NCBI GenBank assembly: GCA_043381765.1
Contig: JBHJMP010000890.1
Location: forward strand, 1-35,272
Direction of reading: 5' to 3'
Source of the DNA: Collodictyon triciliatum
Taxonomy: Eukaryota
DNA length: 35,272 bases
The notes under the pieces are model-generated. The model did not search any database. It was not told the origin of the DNA and was given only the letters and a program-made list of their open reading frames with translations. The translations under genes were made by a program, and so were the position numbers. The stretch's first letter is position 1; every line of letters begins with the position of its first letter. This document shows positions 23,943 to 35,119 of the stretch, piece by piece.

Positions 23943-24949
23943 GGATATAATGGGTCGATTAATTTTTTGCAATCCATCCTTTCATAAGATGAGTCAATTC
24001 ATTCGTACTCTTGATTGATTGGCTCTCCGCAAGAAACATAGCCAATTAGTACTTAAAAATAATAAACGAAAAATATTTCTATATTTGGTCCTTTGGTACT
24101 CTAACTATTCATCGTGCTATGAGGAAAAGAGAATTGTTGAGGTGTTTTTATTTGCAACTAACTCTGAACGATGTATTATAAATACTGAATTGGATTATCG
24201 ATTCAACTATTAAAAACGAATGTGTTAAATAAATGTGGTTGGAAAACTAATGGAGATGTTCCATAACGTAATGAGAACATTTGCACCATAGGTTATTCTA
24301 TTTTCTTACCAGCAGCGCTCACTCTTTTTCCTATATATACTCATAAAAGGCACGAATAGAATTGAAGATTTAGCGATGTATAATCCAAACTGCCTTTTTC
24401 TTTTCTTTTCTTTTAATCGCTTGAATGCTTGGCCGCTTTACCAACCGTTGCATTATACAACCGTTTTAATCCCAATCTGCACTCACCGCTCCGTGTTTGA
24501 ACCTATGCATCACTCGCAAATACTGCATATCCCATCACTTTCATCATCATTGCTGTCCTTTTTGATAACCATAAAAATCTTCTTTTCTATCAATCATTCT
24601 GTCCATTCGCTCTTATCTTCTCTCCACTGCGCCATCCGCCTTGATAGATTTTGATAATGACATTCTGCGGCCCCACTTCCTTTGATAGCCCAAAGCGCTT
24701 TGTCGGACTTATCTTTGCCTCGCGAGACCCTGACAAATGAAGGCGGTTTCCCATCCGCCTTTTCGAAATGAATCAAGACCTCTCCTTTCCCTTGAAATCA
24801 AAATCTCCTTGTTTAAGCTGCCTTTCATTTCATCTGCCATATCTCTTTCTTGTAAACCCATCACCATTATCTCAATATTGTTATTGGACATTACACCCAC
24901 TTATTGTGAAATCGATAACCATCACCGTGTGGCATAGTGTATCATGCTG

Positions 24950-25932
24950 GTCAAATTAGCACCCGTGACACATACCCAGCTTATTATATGTGCATGATTT
25001 TCGATGTTGCTGGGGATTATAATTATTTCTACCATCTCAACAAAACCGCCCCCTTCTATTGACTTTCCCTTAAATATCAGATACCTCGACATTTTGATTT
25101 TCCTTCTTTCGTGTCTTTCGTCTGATTGCGATGTGGCCTAACTTCTTTTGTCCATATCACTGTTTTCATTTGTGCATTTTACTTGTACCTACCTCTGAAT
25201 GGGCGCATGGTTATTCTCATATTATTGTCGACTACACAAGCATATGAACCTGTCATAAGCTCACACAGACACCGTACCCTTTCATAACCCCTAAGATATG
25301 CGTGTGCATGGAGAAGCTTGCGGATTGATATACAAGACCCTGTGTCCAATTCTCATCTCTAAAGACCATTCTCTTGACACCACTCTTGATTGCGATTGAA
25401 TCTTGTCCTTGAAACAGCCAACATACAGAGACCTCATCAGTATACATGGTATGCTTGGAGCTTTATGGATTCATTTGCGATATATAATATTTCTTTAGAA
25501 AGTACGCTGCACTTTGATTTGGTTGTATTTTGTCCGCAGCGAGCGCATGTGTTTTACTTTTCCATGTATCACATGCGGGTTTGTGGGGTGTACTGTAAAT
25601 GGGCTTCAAGGGAAAGACGAGTTTGAGGTTTTTGAAGCTGGAGGATTAAAGGAGATTGGGCACTTATTTCATGAGACCGTCGCTTATTTGTCAGTATGTA
25701 AGATTACGTTTGATGCAGCTTGATGAACTTTGGTATGATGTTAGGTTTACAAGTAAGCCGTTTGGTCGCTTAGGTGAAATAAAAAGAATGAGTTGGTGAG
25801 GCCATTATTTATCGCATTGTTCGATTGGTCGGGATGTTGCTTTCAGCCAAATACCGCTGTGTTGGGATATGTCTCTTTTGCGCAGGTGTCTGGATATTAT
25901 GCAGCGGGTAGAAGAGATGGGTTAATTGGATT
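24950..25932 (+). ncRNA. Candidate ~1 kb imperfect rod-like hairpin RNA or degenerate inverted repeat
   Basis: About 20 colinear complementary blocks are symmetric about ~25445, many extended by G-U pairs on the + strand. The left arm is C-rich, the right arm G-rich, and there is no long ORF. Found by eye, not by a folding program. Confidence 0.45.
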
Positions 25933-26167
25933 GAAAACAAAAATCTAAAACAAAAATCTAAAACAAAAAAAAAATAAGAAAAGGAGAGGGAGGAACAGAG
26001 AAAGGCTTTGTTTTGAAGACATCGATATCAATGGTCCCGGTTGGATCTGGATGCCGTCGTCGTGCTGTGGTGTAGAAGAACCAACCCACGAGCAAATACC
26101 ACAACTCAAGTCCATTTTGTTCTTCGCTCAGGGTTTCTGTGCAACGCCGCAGTGACGATCGTCAAAT

Positions 26168-27358
26168 ATGAGCCAGATGAGCGAAGCGGCAAGTTTGCCT
26201 CCAGAGACCGAGGAGTTGAAAGCATGGATCAAGGAGCAACTAACTGTCGAGCTCGTACGCTTCTCTCTCATAGTTCCATGTGCTGAATACTCTTCTTTTC
26301 TTTTGCGACGTCTATACATAGTGTCTCTATATCCGATGGTCACTTTGGACATCAGAATACAAATATTGAGGCTGCCCGGCTATTGTCTTTTATTTATCCT
26401 CTACTTCCTACCTTCCAACCCGACATGCCTCATTATTTATATCTATATTTTTCTTTCCCTTTGTTCCTTTTCCTGAAACAATCCATTTATTGATTTATTA
26501 TTACTTTTTGTAATATATTATCATGTCTTTTTATGCCAGTTTGATCCTCTTTCACAAAACTACGTATTTTTCTATTCATGATGGTTCTTTTTTATTGATT
26601 TTTTTTCAAGTACAAATTCTATCATTAAAAAAAAGGATCGAATCAAGGCTGCTGGGAGTATGGCGATTCCGTTGCCTGTCAAGAATACTAGTATCGTGAA
26701 GGAGCAAAAGAAGATATACAATCGAGTGGTATTTAATATCTTATTTTCCTGTCTCATTTTAAAAAATAATTTCTTTTATATATAAGCCAAAAGAAAATAC
26801 ATGTAGCTTATGACGAGTATATCATTTATATAAATTATGCTGATGTCTTCAGGAGGTAGATACCGGATTTGATTTTGATCAAATCGTCCAAATTATGGTG
26901 TCAGATTCTGTTGCTTGTGCAAAAAAACCGAACCACTCATTTTGCCATGTATCCCTTCCTTTAATTTCAATTACATTAGTTCTTTCGAAATCATACTTTG
27001 GCCCCAACTTTGACGATATTGACCATGAAACACAGGATTTAATTTGTAAGGATTTATATGATTCAATAAATCTCTTTTCAGGTGCTGCTCTTCAAAGATA
27101 TGCAGAAGCCGCCGCTAATTTTGCCGTATGTGTACCAAAACAACAAGGCAAACAAGCTTGTCGACTGGTATGTGACCAGACATTCGACTTTCACTTGTAG
27201 CACACTCGAGCACATTGTGATTTAGTTGTGAAGTTGGATACGATATTTTGAATATATTCAAGGCTTGTTAATTATTTACATCTAATTGCAATTATTGTAG
27301 GATATTGATTAATAACGACATGAAACGAACTGTCCTTCAAGTCAAATACTACAAATAA
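26168..27358 (+). CDS. Hypothetical 139-aa protein, 5 exons
   Basis: Exons 26168-26254, 26636-26728, 26853-26948, 27082-27167 and 27301-27358 join in frame via GT-AG: MSQMSEAASLPPETEELKAWIKEQLTVELDRIKAAGSMAIPLPVKNTSIVKEQKKIYNRVEVDTGFDFDQIVQIMVSDSVACAKKPNHSFCHVLLFKDMQKPPLILPYVYQNNKANKLVDWILINNDMKRTVLQVKYYK*. Family not recognised. Confidence 0.8.
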
Positions 27359-27394
27359 ATCCTGGGAAAATTGGGCACTTTCTCTTTCTATTTT

Positions 27395-27433
<39 letters not shown>

Positions 27434-28439
27434 CGAATGCAGTGGCTGTGCTATACCTGCTGTCGCGTTACAGAATTCAATTCAGAAAGAAAGCTGCTTC
27501 AAGACTCTGAGCGCCACCCCGAATCTTTCTGTCAGGGACCATGTACATCGGAATATCCAATTGCCACGTCTCTGGCACCTGCAGCGGCTCCTGTTTTGCT
27601 CAGGAAATCCCATTCCAAATATACCATACACAACACACCGGAGTTTTCTTAACTTGGAACATCACCGGGACACCTCTTGTTCCCGCGTTACCGGGTTATA
27701 CCATTTCCCGTTATTCGCAGAATTCTTCCTTCGATAATATAAAAAAGAAAAAAAAAGCAAGCAACAAGAAGAGGGAAGCAAAAGAAGAATAAAGCAGACA
27801 ATCAGAACCAAAACCAATGCAAGAGAAAATCCCCGAAATGATGAATCCAAGCAAACAAAGCCACCACAAGGAAGCCCGACTTGCAAGAAACCCACACAAG
27901 GCCATAGCGACGCCTTCCATAAACCTATTGCGCTTCTGAGTGCAGAAATTGGGGAACCCGCACATCGCAGAGAACATATGTGCGTAAACCCCCACCAACC
28001 AATCCGCAGCTTCGCACTTTCCTTTGATCGTGTCCTGCGTCTGTGGCTGTGGCTTCGCTCGCCCATAAGCCACTTTCGAGCCCTGCTGGGTTTGCCAGGC
28101 AATCATTCGCGGTGGGCTGAGTTGAGCCGCGAGTGTTTGCAAACCAACCTGTGTTATGTAACGAGGATGAAAGTTGTAGAGAGCAGAGGCAGAGGCCCCG
28201 CGCTTTGAAGCCGGGCAAACTATTGTCGTAGTGGCGGGGTTCTCAGCCAACAGAAAGAGTGCCCTTTTCTATTCGTTTTTCTCTTTTTTTCTCTTTTTTT
28301 CTCTTTTTTTCTAGTCTTTTTTCACTCCAATTTTGTGAAAGATGGTGAGGGGTTTTTGCTTTGGTTTGAGAGAGTGCCTTGCTGTCGACCAGGTTGCCGC
28401 ATTACTAACTTAACCTTTAGTTGCCTTGGATCAAAGCCG

Positions 28440-31320
28440 ATGACTTCGCCGTGGATCGAGCTTTACCCTCCCGTCCGTTCCCTCCCCGGAGAATACGCAG
28501 ACTCCGTTCCGCCACTGCTTGGCGAGTTGTATGCCCGCATTCCTCTAGTCACTCTTGAGCCAGTGAGTCACGTGATGCTCTTAGAAAGAGACGTCTTGCC
28601 CCTTACGCAACTCTCTTTCTCTAACTTGTCCCCTGGTCATTTTAAAAAAAAACCTAACTCGCCACTGAGTCTCTTGTCGCTCTTTTGCGATAGTGCCCTA
28701 TGCTTTGTGTTTCCCAGCACATAGAAGTGGATGCGCTTCGCCTCTCTTTCAGTCATGCACAAACGAACATAGTCTGTCATACGCTCACCCCTTGTCACAG
28801 GTTCTTGTATACGGAGGCTTCTTGCTATTCCATTTCGTTGGTAGCCTGCTCATCCCCGGAAAGTGAGACCTCTGCGATATTAACATGCAAATGAACATAT
28901 CTATGTCGACGCTACGTGGAAGGGAGTTTTTTTTTTTATTTTTTTATCAAAGGACAAACTTTGAAATGAGTTATGATTTCTTATGTCAATTTAGCTATTA
29001 TGATGGCCAACCCCTGAAGGATGGGAAAAAGATATCCTACAAAATCAACGGCTTCCGTATATTCGTGCTGCTGTTAGCTTCATATTTTTACGGTAGTCAA
29101 GACTTGTCTCAAGTACACGCGAATACCTAAACACGCTAAAAAAAGAGGAACCCATTAGGTGCTTACGCTGGTCTTCTCGATCCCGCATATGCCGCCAACA
29201 ACTTCGGCCCCTTGTCCCTTGTTGTATTTCTATGGTCATTCCTCTTGAGCGTATTCCTTTATTTCAAGGGGTTGTTCTCGAAAGATGTAATGAACCTCAT
29301 TTTTTCCATAACCTTGAATATAATTCCACTTCACTCATTATGTTACTAATCACTCAAGACATATGTTATCCCAACATGAGAAACCTTTTTCAAATTTCAA
29401 CTCTGTTTCACTCTGTATGTCTCCTTGTGAATTGTCCTTTCATTTTGCAGAACGGAGTCACAGGGAACATAGTATATGACTTTATCATCGGGACTCAGCT
29501 GAATCCTAGTCTATTCGGCGTTGATATTAAGATGTACTCTCTGAAACCAGGTGAACCGTATGAAAACATATAACATAGCCTTAACCCTGTGACTTCTGTG
29601 GGGAGGCTAACAAGATGCTCCCATATTATCCATATACTCAAGATTATAAGCCATCACACGCCAGCCTTATTTCTTACTGAAGACCATCATCCCTCTACCG
29701 GAGACATTAATAACCTTACGGCTCGCTTTTCACATAGGAATGATGGGGTGGACAATTCTGAATCTGTCATTTGCTGCTAAGCAACTGCAATTGTACGGTG
29801 AACTATCTTCGCCCATGATTTTTTACCAGCTCCTATCATTTGTATATGTCTTCGACTACTTCTACCAGGAGCCCCGTATGCTCTCTACATGGGACATTGT
29901 GTCTGAGCAGTAAGTCTTGGCATAACCTAATGACTTTAATGGATACATGACTCGTAAAGAGAAAGAAATTAAAACTCTAAACTGACTAACACTGCTTTTT
30001 ATCATCGCTCCTGTCAAAAATAATGTGTGTCAATTGTCTGTGAAGCTTCGGTTTTATGCTTGTGGTGAGTCTCAGTTCTGGAGGAAATAAATAATATAGC
30101 AACACTATGTGAGTCACCATGTTGTCGATATTCTGACCTGAATATATGCAAATTCATAGTTTGGAGACTACTGGTTCATTCCCTTTACCTTCTGCATTCA
30201 GGTAAAATATAGTTTGCATACCAGATAATGTCAAGGCGTGATTTTAATACTTTGCCACAATTAACATTTACTTTTTTATCGCTCACGCACAGTCAATTTA
30301 CTTGGTCACCCCTACTGTCATCCCTGAATGGAGATATGCCGTGAATATCGTGGTATTTGTTGTTGGTTCCTACATCTTCCGCACGTATGATTTTTAACTA
30401 TCCTACTCACTCGACAATGAAACATTATGGGCTCCTCATAGATGAGCACGAGATAGTTAACAAAAATTGGAATCGCCCTTTCATTTATCTCTCCAACGTA
30501 ACGTAGAGCAAACTCACAAAAGGACGAGTACAAGACAAAGGGGAAGAATGCTAAAATTTGGGGTGAACCTCCAAAGCTTGTCGCTGGAAAGCTCCTCTAC
30601 TCCGGGTTTTGGGGTTTGTACTTTTTTTTTTTTGGAAACGTAGGCTTGAATGGCGTTCACTGTTTTTACGCCAAATACCCCAAAGCTCACGTATATAAGT
30701 TATTTACGATTGTGTAAAAGCCATACTCCTGTGTTAATTTATATCTGAATAAAACCAGGAATTGTTCGCAAGCCCAACTACACTGGCGATATCCTCGTAA
30801 GTAGTCTTAAAATGCTTGATCTTTTATGCAGTCTCGGCACGTATATAACGATGGTATTCTCGCATGGACTTGTCCTTTATTACCAAACAGGTTGCCTTGG
30901 CATTCAGTCTGATGTGTGATGTGTCATCAACACCCGGCGTGAGCTTTCTTGCTGATGCGAATATCACATACTAATAATGGCCTATACACATACATCGCGT
31001 ATCGACGTATTCTAAATCTGATAATATTTTTAGGCATACTTTTATCCATTTTACCTCACTGTGCTCCTCATTCACCGTGCCATGCGTGACGATAAGTATA
31101 CCATTCTCTTTTCTCGGATTCTTTTTTTTTTTTCTACTTGGGTGATAACCCCCTTTTTATTTTTCCTTCCGCGTTTTCCTTCTCTTTCTATTCATTCTAT
31201 TAGCTCAACCCACTACTTTCCTCCTGGTTCCTCTGCAGGAAATGCCGCGAGAAATACGTTAAGGAATGGCCGGAATACTGCAAGAAGGTTCCTCATCAAA
31301 TGATTCCTTACGTATATTAA
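28440..31320 (+). CDS. ERG24: Delta14-sterol reductase (ERG4/ERG24 family, plant FACKEL-like)
   Basis: Spliced motifs YYDGQPLKDGKKISYKING, GVTGNIVYDFIIGTQLNP, FDYFYQEPRMLSTWDIVSEH|FGFMLV|FGDYWFIPFTFCIQ, ANSQKDEYK, GKLLYSGFWG|IVRKPNYTGDIL, YFYPFYLTVLLIHRAMRDDK|KCREKYVKEWPEYCKKVPHQMIPYVY-TAA (31318-31320). Confidence 0.93.
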
Positions 31321-31642
31321 AAGTCTGCTGGACGGCCAGAGGAGAACCGAATAAAAAAATATATAACGGAGTGCTCAAAGAAAAAAAGGAGAAAGGATGA
31401 GGCAAAGGAGAGTAGACTAGGTGTGGCCGACCTCGAACAGAATGTCGACTCGACACCATAAAAAAAAAAAAGCCGGGCACAGAGACTGGAGAGAAGGGGC
31501 TACCTGGGCAGAGGGGTGTCATTATTCGCACCAGGGTGGACTACAGCAACGGATACTGCAACTAACCTTGAGACCTACTGGTTAAATACGCTTTCTTTCA
31601 CTTTTTTTTTTTTTTTACATTAATCTTTTCTCTTTTACTCAC

Positions 31643-31894
31643 CCTTGATTCTGGTGGGTGGTCGGACCTGTCACATCTTCCATGCGTATATTCCATTCAC
31701 TACCCGGTTGAAGGATAAAATAGTCTTGTTTGTTTTGAATCATGACTGGCGCTATAGCTTGGGGAATACCGTGACATAGTTGGAAGGAACAAAAGCCACA
31801 GTTCCGAGCTACGATTTGCACATCCATTTGTTACGGGGTTGTGGCACCCGTGCAATGTTGCTTCATTTTACTCAGCCCAACGCTCGAAATCTGG
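31643..31894 (-). pseudogene. Degenerate SH3-domain-like relic in an exon-like segment
   Basis: Minus-strand KWMCKS*LGTVAFVPSNYVTV (31829-31767) resembles the SH3 C-terminal signature. PDFERWAE*NEATLHG lies upstream in another frame. The segment is bounded by acceptor gggcag and donor gtgagt and contains in-frame stops. Confidence 0.4.
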
Positions 31895-32324
31895 CTGCCC
31901 AAAAAAACAAGATTTAGGCTGTATATCGACACTTCGATTGGCGAAACAATGGGAAGCTTCGCTAATTAAATGAGATGTAATTTGCCAATTTACAAGCTTG
32001 GTGTCGGAATTTCTTTTAGTTTATATTTTCCACAATTGTATGTCCACTTCGGAGATATCTAGAAGATCTGTTCTTTCTCCACAAACCCTGATGGACTCAT
32101 CTGCCAGATCTTAAAAAAGACAGAACAAAAAAGAAAAAAGAAAAAAGAAAAAAGAAAAAAGAAAAATAAAATAAAAGAAAAGGAATAAAGAAAATAATGA
32201 GATTGAAGAGATCGAGAGGAAGCGGAAAAAGCAAGGCACAGAGACAAAGTTGTAGATTAATTTTCTGGAACAAACTTAACAACCTTAATGAAAGATCTAA
32301 CTACCAATATTTTATTATAAAGTC

Positions 32325-34955
32325 ATGAGCTTTCTGTCCGACGAAGAGCCCGATCTTCGGGCGTCACCTTGCCAGCAGCAGAATCTTTTCCGGCTCATCC
32401 GGTCACGATCGGTTCAGCCTTACTCTGTCAACAAAATACGGTTTGGTTTCTACTCTTGAACCATGATTCAAATGGTATATATGTTTTTCTTCATCGCTTG
32501 GTTTTAGCGCTTCGGTTGATCCTCTTTTTTTTTTCAACCTTGATCTCTAAGCATTTAACTATTTAATGCTATTGTTTGTCCTTTTGTTGGACTGCAGATA
32601 TTTAGAGCAATAAATGTATAAATAAAGTATAACTATAATATTCGGTGATGAGGCTTTATAGAATCATGGAGCTATAATCACGGTATGGTAATTTTTAGCC
32701 TAACATTATGCTATTGATATTGTCAGTAAAATGAATCATCGTGTATACGAGCATATCGTTCCCAACACAACTGCTTATGGTGTTGCTGGTCCGGCTGTTT
32801 ACTACAAGAGATTCACACCAGATGGAAAGGTGTGATATTTTATACTAAATGATAAACAAAAGGCACTGTTGTTTAAGTTATACACTGATACTTTTCTTTT
32901 GGATCGATCAGCATATGGTTCTAAATGGATTTTTTTAAATCTCTTAGTATTTATTGACAATATCACAAAATCAAGTAAGCTTCATTGTTTATGAGTTTCG
33001 GGGATACAACGATTGCGATGAGACCACAGACAAGTAAAAAAAAAATGTTACATGAAGCCAAAAAACGATGAAAACAGCAATTATGGTCTTTAAATAATTC
33101 CATTAATATTTTATGTGGAAAATCTGAAATGTGGTATTGGTTTTTTTAAAAGAAATATCACAATTTTCAGCTTCAGTTCTTATTTTTCGAAAAAAGGAGA
33201 GATACAGTTAGCTAATAGACCCAGCTATGTATGCAAAGATTTTTGCCTTCTAACAGAATCCAACGAATTTGTAAATTTTCTTTTGTAATATAGCATAGTG
33301 CGCATATATTGATAGTATTTAATATGACAATTTGCTCTTTAGAAAATAGTCATATTATTGTATACTTTAGCAATTTATTTTTCATGTATGCTTTGTTTTA
33401 AAATACCAATATACCAATCCAAGGCCATCATCGCATCTTCATGTAATGAAAACTCTTCATCTGAATCGAGTAATGCCAACACAGAGACTCGTGAAGAGAC
33501 AATATTCCATCTCATTAATATAGAGCAAGTGAAGGTAATAGAGAAATTCAAATGACTATTATTAGTCGATCGATTTGATAAAAAAAAAAATTTATGAGGT
33601 GATAAAGTTATTATGATAGGAAGCGATTGAACCTATTTTTTTCTTTTCGTCATCATAACTGACATTTTTATTCCTATTTCGATGTTTGAATGTAATTTAA
33701 TTTTTTCTTGTTCTGTTATTATTACAATAAGGAATATGATAGAATTGTTCGAAAAAATGATGGCATATTTATTATGAACCATGTCGGAGTATCTATTTGC
33801 CAAGACAGGTTTGCTGTTCTTGGGCTGTTTTCCCAGCAGATTGCTCTCTACAGAATCCATGTAAAATCTTGATTTCTTACTCAAGTGTCGGTGTACAGAT
33901 ACTGTAAACAACTTACGTACATCAAGAATTGATTTGTTTCAAGACTAACTTTTCATTCATTAAAAAAAATAATGTGATATAGCCTGAGGGAAAGTTCGTT
34001 TTTATCAAAGAAATGGGAAAGTTTTGTTATGAGGACGATGAACTTATAATGTCACAGCAAAGACTAGCAGAGGAAGAATTTTTAAAAAGATTGGAACAAA
34101 GCGAAGGCCGTCAAGCTGTAGATAAATTTGAACAGGTTAATAAAATTGAATCAGCGATGTATTATTAGTCCAGTATTTTGAACCTCATGCCTTTTTTGCT
34201 TTAATTATTTTCCCATTCTACTGAAGTATCACTCTTGAAATTTCGTAAGTGTCGAATTTTTAATATATAGCAGGCTTATGAAACCTGTTGCAATCTAGTT
34301 ACATATCTGAAGATTCCTTTTTTTTTTTCTTCTATTTTTTCTATTTTCTTATTTAACTGATCACTTAGGCGGAGCAGCCTGCACATATTTCGGGCCTTCA
34401 TACTGGACATTATCCTATTTTGATTCAAAGGATTCTTGTGTTTCTTTTTCGTCGGTCTCAGATACCAGAATATGCAGAATCGTATGCACTGATTTCTACC
34501 ATTATTAATTTCTAGGATTGGATGCTATCATCATAATCACTTACTGGCAAACGTTTAAAATGTGAACCATGTTAGTAAATAAGTTCATTAAAAAAAAACA
34601 TCATCTCGATCTAACCTACAGAAGCAGCGGTGGATACAGGAACGTCTTCCTGCTATTCAATCAATTTTCTAATCTGATCGCTGTAAAAATGCAGTACCTC
34701 GATACAAAGCACATAATGATAAAACTGTGCCATAAAGAATTCATTTATAATAGGGTAAAAATTAAATTAGTAATGTATCCTGTCGGAAATGTACATTTTT
34801 TTAATTATATATACCATGCCAATATCACCTTGTATGATTCTTTTCATCTATCATCGAAATCATAGTCAGCTGACCTTGCTATTCAAGCGGCGTTACTGGT
34901 TATTATGAACATCGAAAATACCCAAGTTATAGGTGTATATGAAAATTCCTCACAG
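32325..34955 (+). CDS. DET1: DET1 (de-etiolated 1; CUL4-DDB1-associated factor), 3' truncated
   Basis: QQQNLFRLIRSR, RVYEHIVPNTTAYGVAGPAVYYKRFTPDGK|YLLTISQNQ, YVCKDFCLLTE, TIFHLINIE, MNHVGVSICQDRFAVLGLFSQQIALYRIH, MGKFCYEDDELI, KMQYLDTKHIMIK, VIMNIENTQVIGVYENSS. No stop is reached before the window ends. Confidence 0.92.
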
Positions 34956-35023
34956 GTATTCTTGTGTCCTTTCATCCCCGATTGTATTTCTTTTAATGGT
35001 GTTGTTTAATGTTGATATTGTGC

Positions 35024-35063
<40 letters not shown>

Positions 35064-35077
35064 CCCTTTTTTTTTTT

Positions 35078-35118
<41 letters not shown>

Positions 35119-35119
35119 C

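Noticed and set aside
24915-24985. Non-LTR retrotransposon CCHC-like motif (CHGC*FDQHDTLCH) on the minus strand
   Set aside because: It contains a stop, lacks the final Cys at normal spacing, and no RT or endonuclease motifs are nearby.
25380-25450. Hammerhead ribozyme core CTGATGAG on the minus strand at the hairpin apex
   Set aside because: No stem II followed by GAAA at a suitable distance. Still worth an Infernal search given its position.
25540-25693. ZnF-UBP-like peptide CITCGFVGC…KEIGHLF in an AG/GT-bounded ORF
   Set aside because: The required His ligands and spacing are absent and no neighbouring exons fit; probably chance.
27030-27050. In-frame TAA suggesting stop-codon reassignment in the hypothetical gene
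   Set aside because: It lies within intron 26949-27081. The conserved exons I translated read through without internal stops, and TAA, TAG and TGA all serve as real stops in this window.
26949-27081. U12-type intron (donor GTATCCCTT)
   Set aside because: The donor is only a near match and no TCCTTAAC-type branch site precedes the acceptor.
27662-28250. Minus-strand ORFs of 146-179 aa and an SRE-like AACCCCAC plus CCAAT motif upstream of ERG24
   Set aside because: The ORFs have no recognisable domain and lie in a GC-richer promoter region. The motif is an imperfect short match expected by chance.
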